Shown in pieces: positions 14,302 through 23,142 of a DNA stretch of 40,943 nt. Location: positions 1 to 40,943 of IMG/VR virus record IMGVR_UViG_3300037445_000039, one strand, 5' to 3'. The translations under genes were made by a program, and so were the position numbers. Within the stretch, counting starts at the first letter, position 1, and every line of letters begins with the position of its first letter. The notes under the pieces were generated by a model. That model did no database searches and was not told where the DNA came from. It saw nothing but the letters and a program-made list of their open reading frames with translations. Origin of the DNA: a virus.

Positions 14302-14424
14302 GTGTTTCGCGTGGGGGCGCAAACCTGTGCGGGCTGCGCGAGCGAGGAGATCGTCCTTGGCTTCGTCGCTGGCCGCTGGCTGTGCGCGTGGTGCCGAGTG
14401 GCTGAACGGATGAGGAAGCGATGA
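14302..14424 (+). CDS. Possible 40-aa zinc-ribbon micro-protein
   Basis: GTG start after AGGGG. CAGC...CAWC pattern. Its stop codon overlaps the next ATG (ATGA). Confidence 0.4.
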   Translation: MFRVGAQTCAGCASEEIVLGFVAGRWLCAWCRVAERMRKR

Positions 14425-14675
14425 CTGACGAGGAGCTGCAGGCGATTCGGGCACGGCATCAGCATGACCACGTCGAGGATGGTGGGGTCGCCTGTCCGTG
14501 GTGCGAGCAGGACGTGCCCGCGCTCCTCGCCGAAGTCGAACGGCTCAAGGCCGCGCTGACGACGGCCTACAACGAAGGCTGGGAATCCTGCTGCGATCGT
14601 GCGCTCGCGACGATGCCGGAACGCGAAGAAGCGCGACGGGACGCGACGATCACCGCAATTCTGAACGGCTCATGA
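14421..14675 (+). CDS. Hypothetical protein (84 aa) with CPWC and a coiled coil
   Basis: GAGGAA upstream. ATGA-coupled to TerL. Confidence 0.65.
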   Translation: MTDEELQAIRARHQHDHVEDGGVACPWCEQDVPALLAEVERLKAALTTAYNEGWESCCDRALATMPEREEARRDATITAILNGS

Positions 14676-16150
14676 GCACGGGATTCCTCGAGGGCGGCGA
14701 GGTGCGCATCAACGGCAAGGTCGTCTACCAGCCGTTCGCGAAGCAGGTCGCCTATCACAACAGCCCGGCGCTGTATCCGCTCTACGGCGGCTCGAAGGGC
14801 TGCGGCAAGTCCAAGGCGCTCCGCTGGGATCACTACCTGCCGTCGCTCGCCGTCCCCGGGATGAAGTCGCTCATCCTGCGGCGCAAGTTGGTGGACCTGC
14901 AGCGCTCACATCTCCGATTCGTCCCTGAGGAGGCGCAGCTCGTCGGCGCGCGCTGGGTCCCGTCCGATGTCGGTGCCGGCGTGCTCTACTTCCCCAACAA
15001 AGCGCTCATCGAATTCGGCCACTGCCAGCACGAGCAGGACATCGAGCAGTATCTGTCGGCGGAGTACGACCGCGAATCGTTCGACGAAATCGTGACCTTC
15101 ACCGAGTATCAATACCTGATGATCGGCTCGTGCTGCCGCACGACCATCCCGGGCCTCATCCCGCGGATCGGCGGCGCCACGAATCCCGGCGGCAAGGCCG
15201 CGCTCTGGGTCAAGCGCCGGTGGATCACGAAGGACCTGACGGTCGATGACGACGAGGACTATCGGCCCGAGGATTACCACTACGTGCCGGCGCTGCCGAC
15301 CGACAACCCGCACCTGAACTGGGCGCAGTACATGCGCCAGTTGAACCGCCTGCCGCCCGAAATGCGCCGCGCCTACCGCGATGGCGATTGGGACATTTTC
15401 ATCGGCCAATTCTTCCCCGAGTTCCGCCGCAACCCGCGCCCCGACAAGGACGGCGTGCTGCAGCCGGCGCACGTCAGGGAATTCGACTACGCGCCCAAGG
15501 ACTGGCCGCGCTACGGCGGCCTCGACTGGGGCTACAGCAGCGAGGGCGCCTATCTTTGGGTCGTGCAGCACCCCGACGGGTTCCTGGAAGTCGAGGACGA
15601 ATACATCTTCAACGGTCCGCGCCGCGACAAGCAGATCGCCAAGGAGGTCGCGCAGGAGATCGTCCGCCGCAACGTGGCGCGCGGCATCCGTGTCCGCCGC
15701 ACCTACGCCGATCCGTCGATGGACGAGAAGCGTGGCCACGAGACGCACGAAAGCTACTTCGACACGTTCCGCAAGCACGGTGTCCCGCTCGAACGCGGCG
15801 ACAATGATCGCGTGCAGGGCCTCGCCCGCATGCGCGCGTGGCTGCGGAATCGTCCCGATGGCCAGCCGTTCTTGCGCGTGCATCCACGGTGCACGTACCT
15901 GATTCGCACCTTCGGCGAGGTCGTGATGGATGAACAGGAACCGGAAGACATGGACAGTGACGGTCCCGATCACGCGCTCGATGCGCTCCGCTACGTGGTG
16001 GCCGCGCGGCCGCAAGCGCCGGGGGCGCCGGCGCCGGTCGCCTACCCCGCGGGATCGGCCGGCGCGCTCAAGCAGCAGATCATGGCCGCCGAACACGGCC
16101 GGCGCGTGCTGGGGAGCGAGTCGGTTCGCCGGCGGCCGTACGCGTACTGA
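14672..16150 (+). CDS. terL: Terminase large subunit
   Basis: 492 aa from MSTGFLEGG. Walker A YGGSKGCGKSK. A nuclease-type acidic C-terminal half. Followed by the portal gene. Confidence 0.9.
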   Translation: MSTGFLEGGEVRINGKVVYQPFAKQVAYHNSPALYPLYGGSKGCGKSKALRWDHYLPSLAVPGMKSLILRRKLVDLQRSHLRFVPEEAQLVGARWVPSDVGAGVLYFPNKALIEFGHCQHEQDIEQYLSAEYDRESFDEIVTFTEYQYLMIGSCCRTTIPGLIPRIGGATNPGGKAALWVKRRWITKDLTVDDDEDYRPEDYHYVPALPTDNPHLNWAQYMRQLNRLPPEMRRAYRDGDWDIFIGQFFPEFRRNPRPDKDGVLQPAHVREFDYAPKDWPRYGGLDWGYSSEGAYLWVVQHPDGFLEVEDEYIFNGPRRDKQIAKEVAQEIVRRNVARGIRVRRTYADPSMDEKRGHETHESYFDTFRKHGVPLERGDNDRVQGLARMRAWLRNRPDGQPFLRVHPRCTYLIRTFGEVVMDEQEPEDMDSDGPDHALDALRYVVAARPQAPGAPAPVAYPAGSAGALKQQIMAAEHGRRVLGSESVRRRPYAY

Positions 16151-16183
16151 AGAACATACCAACCGGTCAGTATGGAGCGTAGA

Positions 16184-16492
16184 ATGAGCGATATGGCCGA
16201 GCAGGTCACGCATGACCAGATCGACGCGCTGATCGCCTCGCTGGGTGATTTCAGTACGGAGCCGCCGCCCTGTGTGCCCGCGATGCGCGCGCGGTTCAAC
16301 GACAGGATGCGCGGCAAGGGCGTGGCGGGTTTGCCCGCGTACTTTGAAGCCACTCCGGAAGAGATCGACGCCTATCGCGATTGGCGCTGGCCGAATGGAT
16401 GCGCGTGGGTGATCACGGGGCCCGACGGCCATCACGGCATTCCGTTCAAGGGCGTGCCGCTCACGCTCGCCGACGGGAAGGAATACCTCTGA
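16184..16492 (+). CDS. Hypothetical protein (102 aa)
   Basis: GGAG lies 6 nt upstream of the ATG at 16184. TGATG overlap with the portal gene. Confidence 0.65.
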   Translation: MSDMAEQVTHDQIDALIASLGDFSTEPPPCVPAMRARFNDRMRGKGVAGLPAYFEATPEEIDAYRDWRWPNGCAWVITGPDGHHGIPFKGVPLTLADGKEYL

Positions 16493-18507
16493 TGATGGAC
16501 ATGGCCCCGCCCGCGCCGCCCTCCCCGCCGCCACCCACGGCCCCACCGCCCGAAATGCCGCGCGACATGCTCGCGAAGTGGTGGGCGCGCATCGAGGCTA
16601 GCGACCAGGCGATCACCACCTACAAGGCCGAGTGGCAGAAAAACATCGCCGCCTACATGGGCAAGGTGCTCGACGCCCTCCCGAAAGACCATTTTGTCAA
16701 CGTCCCGCTGGAGTTTGCCTACGTCGAATTGAAAAAGGCGCAGCTCGCCTTTCAGGTGCCCGAGTTCTACCTCAAGCCGATGCTCCCCGGGCTGGAGGCG
16801 GCCGTCCCGGTGTTTCAGGGCGCCGTCAATCACGAACTCGGCCCCGACGGCGCGGACCTGAAGACCACGATCGACGAAGCGACGACGGACGCGCTCACCT
16901 GCTCCATTGCCGGCACCGAGATCGGCTACACCTGCGACCTCCGCACGCGGCAGGTGCCCGTCATGCAGCCAGGGCCGCCCGACCCGATGACCGGCGCGCC
17001 GGGACCGCCGACGCCGGCGGTCGATCCCCTCACGGGCCAGCCGCAGCTGCAGGACGAGCAGTACTGTGCCCATGAGGAGTACTTCTGGACGCGCTTCCCC
17101 GTCGAAGATCTCCTCATCCCGACGGACTTCACGAAAAGCGACTTCGACAAGGCGCCGTGGCTGGGCGTCCGCTTCACGCAGGACCTCGCGTCGGCGAAGG
17201 TCCAGTACGACCTGCCGCCGGACTTCGGTGCCACCATCAGCCAGCCGCGCGAAACGCTGTCGTCGGCCGAGCGGCCCGATCCGGGCCAGCCGACCTACCT
17301 CGAAGTCGAGATTCTTCGCATCTGGTATCAGACGAAAATCTTCGAGCCGGATTCAGACGCGCTGCCCGGCCAGTACTCGCGGCTGGTACTGATCAAGGGC
17401 TTGCGCGATCGCCCCGCGAAGTGGGAGCGCTCGCCGTACCAGCAGGTCGGCCCCGACGGCAAACTGACCGGCATGAAGGGCAACCCGATTCACCCGCTGA
17501 CGCTGCGCTTTCTGCCGGGCAGCGCCTACCCCGTCGGCGATGTCTCGATCGCGCGGCCGATCAGCGCCGAGTTGAGCATCGGCCGTACGCAAATGATCCA
17601 GTTCCGCGATCGTGCGCTACCGATGCGGTTACTGAACCGTGACGCCATCGACATCGAGACACGCGATAAGATCGTCAACGGCGAGATCATGGCGAACGTC
17701 ACCGTGGACGGCAAGCCGAGCGAGGTCGCCTCGATGCTGGCCCTCCCGCAGATGCCGCGCGAAACCACGACCACGAACGACATGGTCATGCATGACTTTC
17801 AGCGGACGTGGGCCGTCGGCGCGACCCCTGGCGGCATCGTCGAACCCGAGGCGCGGACCGCAACCGAGGTGCAAAACGCACAAGGCACTGCGGATGTCCG
17901 CCTCGATGCCGAGCGCACGCGCATCCTGAACTGGCTGTGTAAAGGCGCGCGGAAATTCGGGGCACTGTTGCAGCAGTTCAAGGACACGAAGGGCTACGCG
18001 GAGATCGTCGGCCCGGACGGCGTCAAGGCGCTCCAGGCGTGGGACATGCACGCGATTCAGGGCGAGTACGCCTTCAAGGCCAAGCCCGATAGCGCGCTCC
18101 GCGTCGATGCCGATGTCGAGCGCAAGCAATCGCTCGCGCTCTACAACTTGCTGGGCAAGGATCCGAACGTCAACCGTGTCGAACTGCTGAAATCCGTCCT
18201 GCAGAAGCACAATCTGGACCCGAACAAGATCGTGGTGCAAACGCCGCCGTCGCAGCCGCACCCGGATGCGCTGAAGATCTCGCTGTCCATCAAGGCCGAC
18301 GAACTGGGCAATCCGATGGTGCTGGCGATCTTGCAGCAGCAGGGGATCGTGTTGCCGACAAAGGAAGAACTCGCTGGGATGCCGAGCGCACCACCGCAGC
18401 AGCCACCGCCAGGCCAGCAGCCCTCGCCGCCGCATCCCGGCGCGATGCCGCAGGCGTCTCCGATCAACCAGCACGCCCTCGACCAGCAAGTCGGGAAGGT
18501 GATGTAA
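16492..18507 (+). CDS. Portal protein
   Basis: 671 aa. Position immediately after TerL, size, and a Pro-rich N- and C-terminus. Confidence 0.8.
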   Translation: MMDMAPPAPPSPPPPTAPPPEMPRDMLAKWWARIEASDQAITTYKAEWQKNIAAYMGKVLDALPKDHFVNVPLEFAYVELKKAQLAFQVPEFYLKPMLPGLEAAVPVFQGAVNHELGPDGADLKTTIDEATTDALTCSIAGTEIGYTCDLRTRQVPVMQPGPPDPMTGAPGPPTPAVDPLTGQPQLQDEQYCAHEEYFWTRFPVEDLLIPTDFTKSDFDKAPWLGVRFTQDLASAKVQYDLPPDFGATISQPRETLSSAERPDPGQPTYLEVEILRIWYQTKIFEPDSDALPGQYSRLVLIKGLRDRPAKWERSPYQQVGPDGKLTGMKGNPIHPLTLRFLPGSAYPVGDVSIARPISAELSIGRTQMIQFRDRALPMRLLNRDAIDIETRDKIVNGEIMANVTVDGKPSEVASMLALPQMPRETTTTNDMVMHDFQRTWAVGATPGGIVEPEARTATEVQNAQGTADVRLDAERTRILNWLCKGARKFGALLQQFKDTKGYAEIVGPDGVKALQAWDMHAIQGEYAFKAKPDSALRVDADVERKQSLALYNLLGKDPNVNRVELLKSVLQKHNLDPNKIVVQTPPSQPHPDALKISLSIKADELGNPMVLAILQQQGIVLPTKEELAGMPSAPPQQPPPGQQPSPPHPGAMPQASPINQHALDQQVGKVM

Positions 18508-18747
18508 ATGGATTCCGCTCGCGAGATCATGTGGGCGTTGGCGACCGCAGCCGCGCCAATGTTCCCAACAGATATTCAGCGGGCGACGAAGCTGTGGGCT
18601 GGGACTCTGTATCTGGGGCTGATGCAGTTGGAGCGAGAGGGCCTTATTCAAAGCGAATGGTCTGAAACCGAAGGACACAAGAGACGGATATATCGCCTCA
18701 CCGAAACAGGAGCGAGCGATGCCCGCGCAATACACCGCGATTCGTGA
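18508..18747 (+). CDS. Minimal PadR-like winged-helix regulator
   Basis: 79 aa. GTLYLGLMQLEREGLIQSEWSETEGHKRRIYRLTETG matches the PadR wHTH core. Confidence 0.7.
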   Translation: MDSAREIMWALATAAAPMFPTDIQRATKLWAGTLYLGLMQLEREGLIQSEWSETEGHKRRIYRLTETGASDARAIHRDS

Positions 18748-18943
18748 CGAACTCGAAACCGAGAAGGGCATGGACGAGAACGAGGCCCAAGCCCACGCCG
18801 CCGCGATTTATAACGCGATGCCATCGCACAAAGGAGCGCCCGTCACGGGCAAAGCCGAGCCTCCGGCACATGCCGTGCATCAGCATCTCCGCAAGCACAT
18901 GCGGCGCCACGCGCTGCTGAAACAGATGGGCACGAAGTCCTAA
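18719..18943 (+). CDS. Hypothetical protein (74 aa)
   Basis: AGGAG lies 6 nt upstream. Confidence 0.65.
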   Translation: MPAQYTAIRDELETEKGMDENEAQAHAAAIYNAMPSHKGAPVTGKAEPPAHAVHQHLRKHMRRHALLKQMGTKS

Positions 18944-18957
18944 AGGAGATCGATCGC

Positions 18958-19335
18958 ATGACTGACAAACAAACCGCCGCCGACCCGAAACCCCACACGC
19001 CGCCGCCGGCACATACGCCACCGCCGCCGCCTCCGGGCAAGCCGACGGACGCGCCGAAGGGGCCGCCGACGCCGAAGAACGTCATCAAAGAGGACGCGCC
19101 GCACACGATGCCCGCGCTGAAGACCAAGGCTGAACCCGAGGCGCCGATTCTGCCCGGCTATGAAGGCGACGGGACCGCCTACGACACGGTGATTCTCACG
19201 TCGAGCACGCTCGACCAGGGCACGCCGTTCCGCATCGCCAAGACACCGGAGCTGCCGCTCTCGCTCGCGCACGGCGGCGCGCGCTATCTGATTTCCAACC
19301 ACGCGCAGAAGCTGTACGTATGGCAGGTGAAGTAG
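18958..19335 (+). CDS. Hypothetical protein with a Pro-rich N-terminus (125 aa)
   Basis: AAGGAG upstream. Confidence 0.7.
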   Translation: MTDKQTAADPKPHTPPPAHTPPPPPPGKPTDAPKGPPTPKNVIKEDAPHTMPALKTKAEPEAPILPGYEGDGTAYDTVILTSSTLDQGTPFRIAKTPELPLSLAHGGARYLISNHAQKLYVWQVK

Positions 19336-19487
19336 AAGAGCCGATCATCTACGTCCATCTAGTCGCGGGCGTCCTGTGCCCGTGCGGAGAACCAGCGTCG
19401 CGCCTGCCGAGCGGAGCTTACGAGTGCTCCATCTGCGGGCGCACGTTCACGCTGGAGCGCAAGCCGTGGGAGCCACCGAGGCCATGA
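19320..19487 (+). CDS. Possible 55-aa zinc-ribbon protein
   Basis: CPC...CSIC pattern. Its stop codon overlaps the next ATG (ATGA). Below the length cut-off of the ORF track. Confidence 0.45.
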   Translation: MAGEVEEPIIYVHLVAGVLCPCGEPASRLPSGAYECSICGRTFTLERKPWEPPRP

Positions 19488-19696
19488 ACGACGAATTCAA
19501 TCAACTGCGTGCGCCATACGACAGCAAGGTCCTTGGCCCTGATGGCAAGCCGTTCAAGTTGTTCGCGCCGGTGGAGTTTGATCGCGATTGTCCGCGCGGC
19601 GCGCTGTTCTTTGTGAAGAAAAACAAGCCCGGCGATGAAGGGCCGCCGCTGCAGGTTGTCGGCGTGGTGACGGATGTCGCATGGCCGAAGAAATGA
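19484..19696 (+). CDS. Hypothetical protein (70 aa)
   Basis: Starts MNDEFNQLRAPYD. ATGA coupling. Confidence 0.55.
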   Translation: MNDEFNQLRAPYDSKVLGPDGKPFKLFAPVEFDRDCPRGALFFVKKNKPGDEGPPLQVVGVVTDVAWPKK

Positions 19697-20067
19697 CCTG
19701 CCAGAAGTGCGGCCACGAAATGACCGTGTCCGATTGGCCGTGGTGCCCCCATGGCCGCGGCGTGACCAGCGCGATCGGCGATGAGTTCATTGGCGGCCGC
19801 ATCTACGAAAATCTCGGCCATGAGGCCGTCTATATTGAGTCTCGGTCGCACCTGAAGCGCGAGCTGAAGGCGCGCGGGCTGGTCGAGATGGTGCGCCACG
19901 TCCCCGGCAGCCCTCACACCACCTCATGGGCGTCCGTCGATCTCGACGCCGCCAAGGCGCTGGCTGAGCGGCAGGCGCATACCAGAGCCACCAACAGCGA
20001 GCCAGAGCCCTCCGCCGCCACGGTGGCCGCCGTCAAGCGGGCATTCGAAGAGCTTCGCGCGCGGTAA
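19681..20067 (+). CDS. Hypothetical protein with an N-terminal zinc ribbon (CQKC...CPH)
   Basis: 128 aa. Confidence 0.65.
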   Translation: MAEEMTCQKCGHEMTVSDWPWCPHGRGVTSAIGDEFIGGRIYENLGHEAVYIESRSHLKRELKARGLVEMVRHVPGSPHTTSWASVDLDAAKALAERQAHTRATNSEPEPSAATVAAVKRAFEELRAR

Positions 20068-20288
20068 AATCAGTAAATGTCCTGGGATTTGTCCGGTCTG
20101 TCCAATGTGCCCCCGGCGCGACTCCAAGAACTAGCGGTCGCTGCACAGCGAGACCATTCCCGTATGGTCGATCGCCTTGTCCGCTCAAATAGACTGGAAG
20201 CGCGACGGTTACGGGCCAGATGGCGTCGGCGCCACCCGACCCGTCGCGCCCCCTTGCTGCGGTTGTTCCTACGCGAAGCCCAAACCTC

Positions 20289-20317
20289 CTGACTAGTCAA
20301 AATATTGACCGTATAGC
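20289..20317 (+). promoter_or_regulatory. Candidate promoter P1 (CTGACT, 17-nt spacer, TATAGC) with palindrome GTCAA-aata-TTGAC in the spacer
   Basis: Read in the 303-bp low-GC gap upstream of the scaffold gene. Confidence 0.4.
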
Positions 20318-20326
20318 GCCATAGTC

Positions 20327-20355
20327 TTGACACTCTGCCAAACAGAGTGCATTAT
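20327..20355 (+). promoter_or_regulatory. Strong sigma70-type promoter P2 (TTGACA, 17-nt spacer, CATTAT) with inverted repeat CTCTG-ccaaa-CAGAG in the spacer
   Basis: -35 at 20327-20332 and -10 at 20350-20355. The scaffold ATG is at 20371. Confidence 0.65.
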
Positions 20356-20370
20356 CCGGTCAGTCGCTTC

Positions 20371-21357
20371 ATGGCTGACCTCGCGCCCGACACTGCTGCT
20401 GCTCCCCCGGCCTCGACCGAGTCTCCACCGGCTCCGTCCGCCCCGGCTACGCCGTCGCCTGCCGCCGCGCCTGCTCCGTCTGCCCCGAAGTCGATCGCTG
20501 ACGAGACGGCCGCTGCCTTCCGCGCTGCCCGCGAGAAGACCGCGCCCGCGGGGTCGTCGCCCGCGGAACCCGACGGCACAGCTCCCGCCCAGGCCGCGAG
20601 AGTGCCTGCTGCTGCTGGCGAGGCCACACCGCCCGTTCGTGGACCGATCCCCTACGACCGCCATGAGGCGGTACTGACGCGGGCTCGGCGCGAGGCGCGA
20701 GAAGAGGCCGAGAAAGAACTCCGGGGAAAATTTGGCTGGGCAGAATCGCTCACGCCGGAGGATCAGGGCACCCTGCAATGGCTGCTGAAGGATCCTGCCG
20801 GCGCGATCGCGTATCTGCAGCAGAAGCATGCACGGACTCAGCCGGCGGCCCCGCCGGAGGATCCCGAGCCGCAGGCGGATGTCAGGCTGGAAGATGGCTC
20901 GACGTTCTTCTCGGCGGCGCAGCAAGCGAAGTGGGCCGAGTGGCGGGAACGGAAGCTCGAAGAGCGCATCAACGGCCGATTCGGGCCGATGTTGCAGGAG
21001 GCCGCGCTGAGCAAGCTCAACGCGCAGGCCACGAGCGAAGCGACGCAGCTCCGGCAGTACTACCACACCAATTTCCCGATGTTCAAAGAGCTCGAGTCCG
21101 ACATCAAGGACTTGATGCTCAAGCACCCCTCCCTCTCTCCCGAGCACGCCTACACGCTGGTCTTTCGTGACAAGGGCCTCGCGAAGCAACGCGAAGCCTG
21201 GGAATCGGAACGCGCGGGTCAACTCGCACGCAAAGCGGCAGCGTCCGTCGCCCCTCCAGGCGCGGCGCAGCCGGGAACCCCGCGGCCGAATCGCGACAAG
21301 AGCACGCTCGAAATCACCCGAGAAGTCTTTGCGCGAAAGCGAGCAGCCGCGGGCTAA
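20371..21357 (+). CDS. Putative scaffolding protein
   Basis: 328 aa. Ala/Pro-rich N-terminus followed by a charged helical region. Immediately upstream of the major capsid gene. Confidence 0.65.
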   Translation: MADLAPDTAAAPPASTESPPAPSAPATPSPAAAPAPSAPKSIADETAAAFRAAREKTAPAGSSPAEPDGTAPAQAARVPAAAGEATPPVRGPIPYDRHEAVLTRARREAREEAEKELRGKFGWAESLTPEDQGTLQWLLKDPAGAIAYLQQKHARTQPAAPPEDPEPQADVRLEDGSTFFSAAQQAKWAEWRERKLEERINGRFGPMLQEAALSKLNAQATSEATQLRQYYHTNFPMFKELESDIKDLMLKHPSLSPEHAYTLVFRDKGLAKQREAWESERAGQLARKAAASVAPPGAAQPGTPRPNRDKSTLEITREVFARKRAAAG

Positions 21358-21369
21358 AGGAGCCCGCCC

Positions 21370-22320
21370 TTGGCCGACCCGAATTTAGGCGAACTCGCCG
21401 CAACGGTATTTGAGAATGTCGTCGCGCGCGACCCCGCTGACAACGTCTTTACTTCACAGCAGCTCCTCAACCTCCTGAAGTCCACCGGGGGCTTCGTCAA
21501 GGAGGATGGCGGCTCACAGATCGAAGAGCCGCTGATGTACTCCGAAAACACCACGATGAAATTCGTGGCGGAAATGGACACGCTGGATACGACGCGCATT
21601 CCGGTGTTCGATGCCGCGCGCTTCCCGTGGCGCATCGTCGGCGGCACGATCGTCTTCTCGCAGCTCGAAAAGGAACGCGCCAGCGGCGACCACCAGAAGA
21701 TCGAACTGGTCGCAAAGAAGGTCGAGAACGGCAAGAGTTCGATGTGGGCGATGATCAACCGCGCCCTCTACGCGGACGGCACCGCCGCGAACAGCTTCGG
21801 CGGCCTCGCGCTGCTCGTGAGCAGCACGCCGACCACCGGCACCGTGGGCGGCATCAACCGCGCGAACTTCCCCTTCTGGCGCAACCGGCAGGTGTCCGGC
21901 GCGGGCACCGCGTTCTCGATTCTGCGCGCGTCGATGCGGACGATCTACAACTCGTCCTCGAAGGGCGCGGCGTCGGAACATCCCGACATCTTCATCTTCG
22001 ATCAAGCCTCGTTCGAAGGCTACGAAGGCACGCTCACCACGAACGAGCGCTTCACCACCAAGGACAAGGGCGACGGCGGCTTTGCCTCCGACGCGCTGCT
22101 CTTCAAGGGCGCCAAGGTGACGTTCGATGAAGACATGCCGGCCGCCACGGGCTACGCGCTCCAGACGCGGAATCTCAAGTTCCGCTATCTGCAGTGGTGC
22201 AAGGCGTTCCCCGCGGTCGATCCCGCCAATCAGCTGATCGAGGTCACGAAGCTGATGACCATCGGCAACATGACCATCAACAACCCGCGCCGGCTCGGCG
22301 TGATCACGGCCATCGCGTAG
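21370..22320 (+). CDS. Major capsid protein
   Basis: 316 aa. TTG start 7 nt after AAGGAG. Position, size and composition are typical of an HK97-fold capsid protein. Confidence 0.8.
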   Translation: MADPNLGELAATVFENVVARDPADNVFTSQQLLNLLKSTGGFVKEDGGSQIEEPLMYSENTTMKFVAEMDTLDTTRIPVFDAARFPWRIVGGTIVFSQLEKERASGDHQKIELVAKKVENGKSSMWAMINRALYADGTAANSFGGLALLVSSTPTTGTVGGINRANFPFWRNRQVSGAGTAFSILRASMRTIYNSSSKGAASEHPDIFIFDQASFEGYEGTLTTNERFTTKDKGDGGFASDALLFKGAKVTFDEDMPAATGYALQTRNLKFRYLQWCKAFPAVDPANQLIEVTKLMTIGNMTINNPRRLGVITAIA

Positions 22321-22333
22321 GAAGGAGACGATC

Positions 22334-23065
22334 ATGCCGAATTTCACCGCCGATCCTGAGGCGTATGCCTCGCAGCTCTTCTCGTCCAGCGCGACGCAGC
22401 AGGCGCAGCTGGGCCAGCGCGCCGTGACGAATGACGGCCGCGTGTTCCGCTACTGCCTGGCGGGCGCCGCCGACCTCGTCGTGGGCAACGTCATTCAGGC
22501 CCCGGCGCAGATCGCGAACCATCAGCAGTTGACGCCGGTCGCAGCCGCCATTGGGGCCACACAGATCACCGTGGCGCTGGGCGCGACGCTCGCGACGGCC
22601 AATCAGTACGCGGGTGGCTGGGCCATCATCGACACCACGCCGGGGCTCGGGTACGCCTATCCGATCCTGAGCCATCCGGCGGCGGCGCTCTCCACGTCGG
22701 TGGTGCTCACCTTGCCACCGGACAGCCCGATCCAGGTGGCGCTGACGACGTCGTCACGTGTCTCGCTGCAGGCCAATCCGTACAGCGGCGTGATTCAGGC
22801 GCCGATCACCACGCTCACCGGCGCGGTCGTCGGCGTGGCGTGCTATCCCATTACCGCGGCGCAGTACGGCTGGATTCAGGTCCAGGGTCCGGCGGCGGTG
22901 CTCATCGCGGGCACACCCGCGGTGGGTTCAGCGGTGGTCTCGCCGGGTTCTGCGGCCGGCGCGGTCGTCGTGGACGGTGCGGCGGCAGCCACCGAAGTCA
23001 TCGGCGCCATGATGGTCACCGGCGTTGACGGGAAGGTTCAGGCGGTGCGGATCCGCATCAACTGA
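22334..23065 (+). CDS. Capsid-associated (decoration or cement-like) structural protein
   Basis: 243 aa. GGAGA upstream. Ala/Gly/Val-rich beta-type sequence directly after the capsid gene. Confidence 0.6.
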   Translation: MPNFTADPEAYASQLFSSSATQQAQLGQRAVTNDGRVFRYCLAGAADLVVGNVIQAPAQIANHQQLTPVAAAIGATQITVALGATLATANQYAGGWAIIDTTPGLGYAYPILSHPAAALSTSVVLTLPPDSPIQVALTTSSRVSLQANPYSGVIQAPITTLTGAVVGVACYPITAAQYGWIQVQGPAAVLIAGTPAVGSAVVSPGSAAGAVVVDGAAAATEVIGAMMVTGVDGKVQAVRIRIN

Positions 23066-23082
23066 CATGAGCGAGTACGACC

Positions 23083-23123
23083 GGGCGGACGAATTCCAGG
23101 GCAATCGCTGGCGTCGTCCGCCC
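23083..23123 (+). terminator. 10-bp perfect stem-loop (GGGCGGACGA / TCGTCCGCCC) after the capsid genes, without a U tract
   Basis: Read in the 77-bp gap between 23065 and 23143. The loop is 21 nt and contains an inner CCAG/CTGG pair. Confidence 0.45.
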
Positions 23124-23142
23124 AGTCGTCGAAAGGACTCCG

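Noticed and set aside
13933-14424. 163-aa Gly/Ala-rich ORF and the Pro-rich antisense ORFs 13530..14471 and 13925..14287.
   Set aside because: These are low-complexity products of the G-skewed segment. Only the last 40 codons (14302..14424, CxxC pairs, coupled stop/start) look like a real small gene.
14906-16546. 546-aa ORF antisense to the terminase gene. Similar long antisense ORFs occur at 10444..11574, 23038..24657, 24579..25658, 27242..28588, 29866..31116, 31215..33083, 36842..38314 and 17629..18771.
   Set aside because: Their products are Arg/Pro/Gly/Ala-rich and low in complexity. They lie exactly opposite well-supported genes. Such shadow ORFs are typical of 65% GC DNA, where stop codons are rare.
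20077-20292. 71-aa ORF in the gap before the scaffold gene.
   Set aside because: GC3 is about 63%, the tail is Arg-rich and there is no SD. The region looks regulatory.
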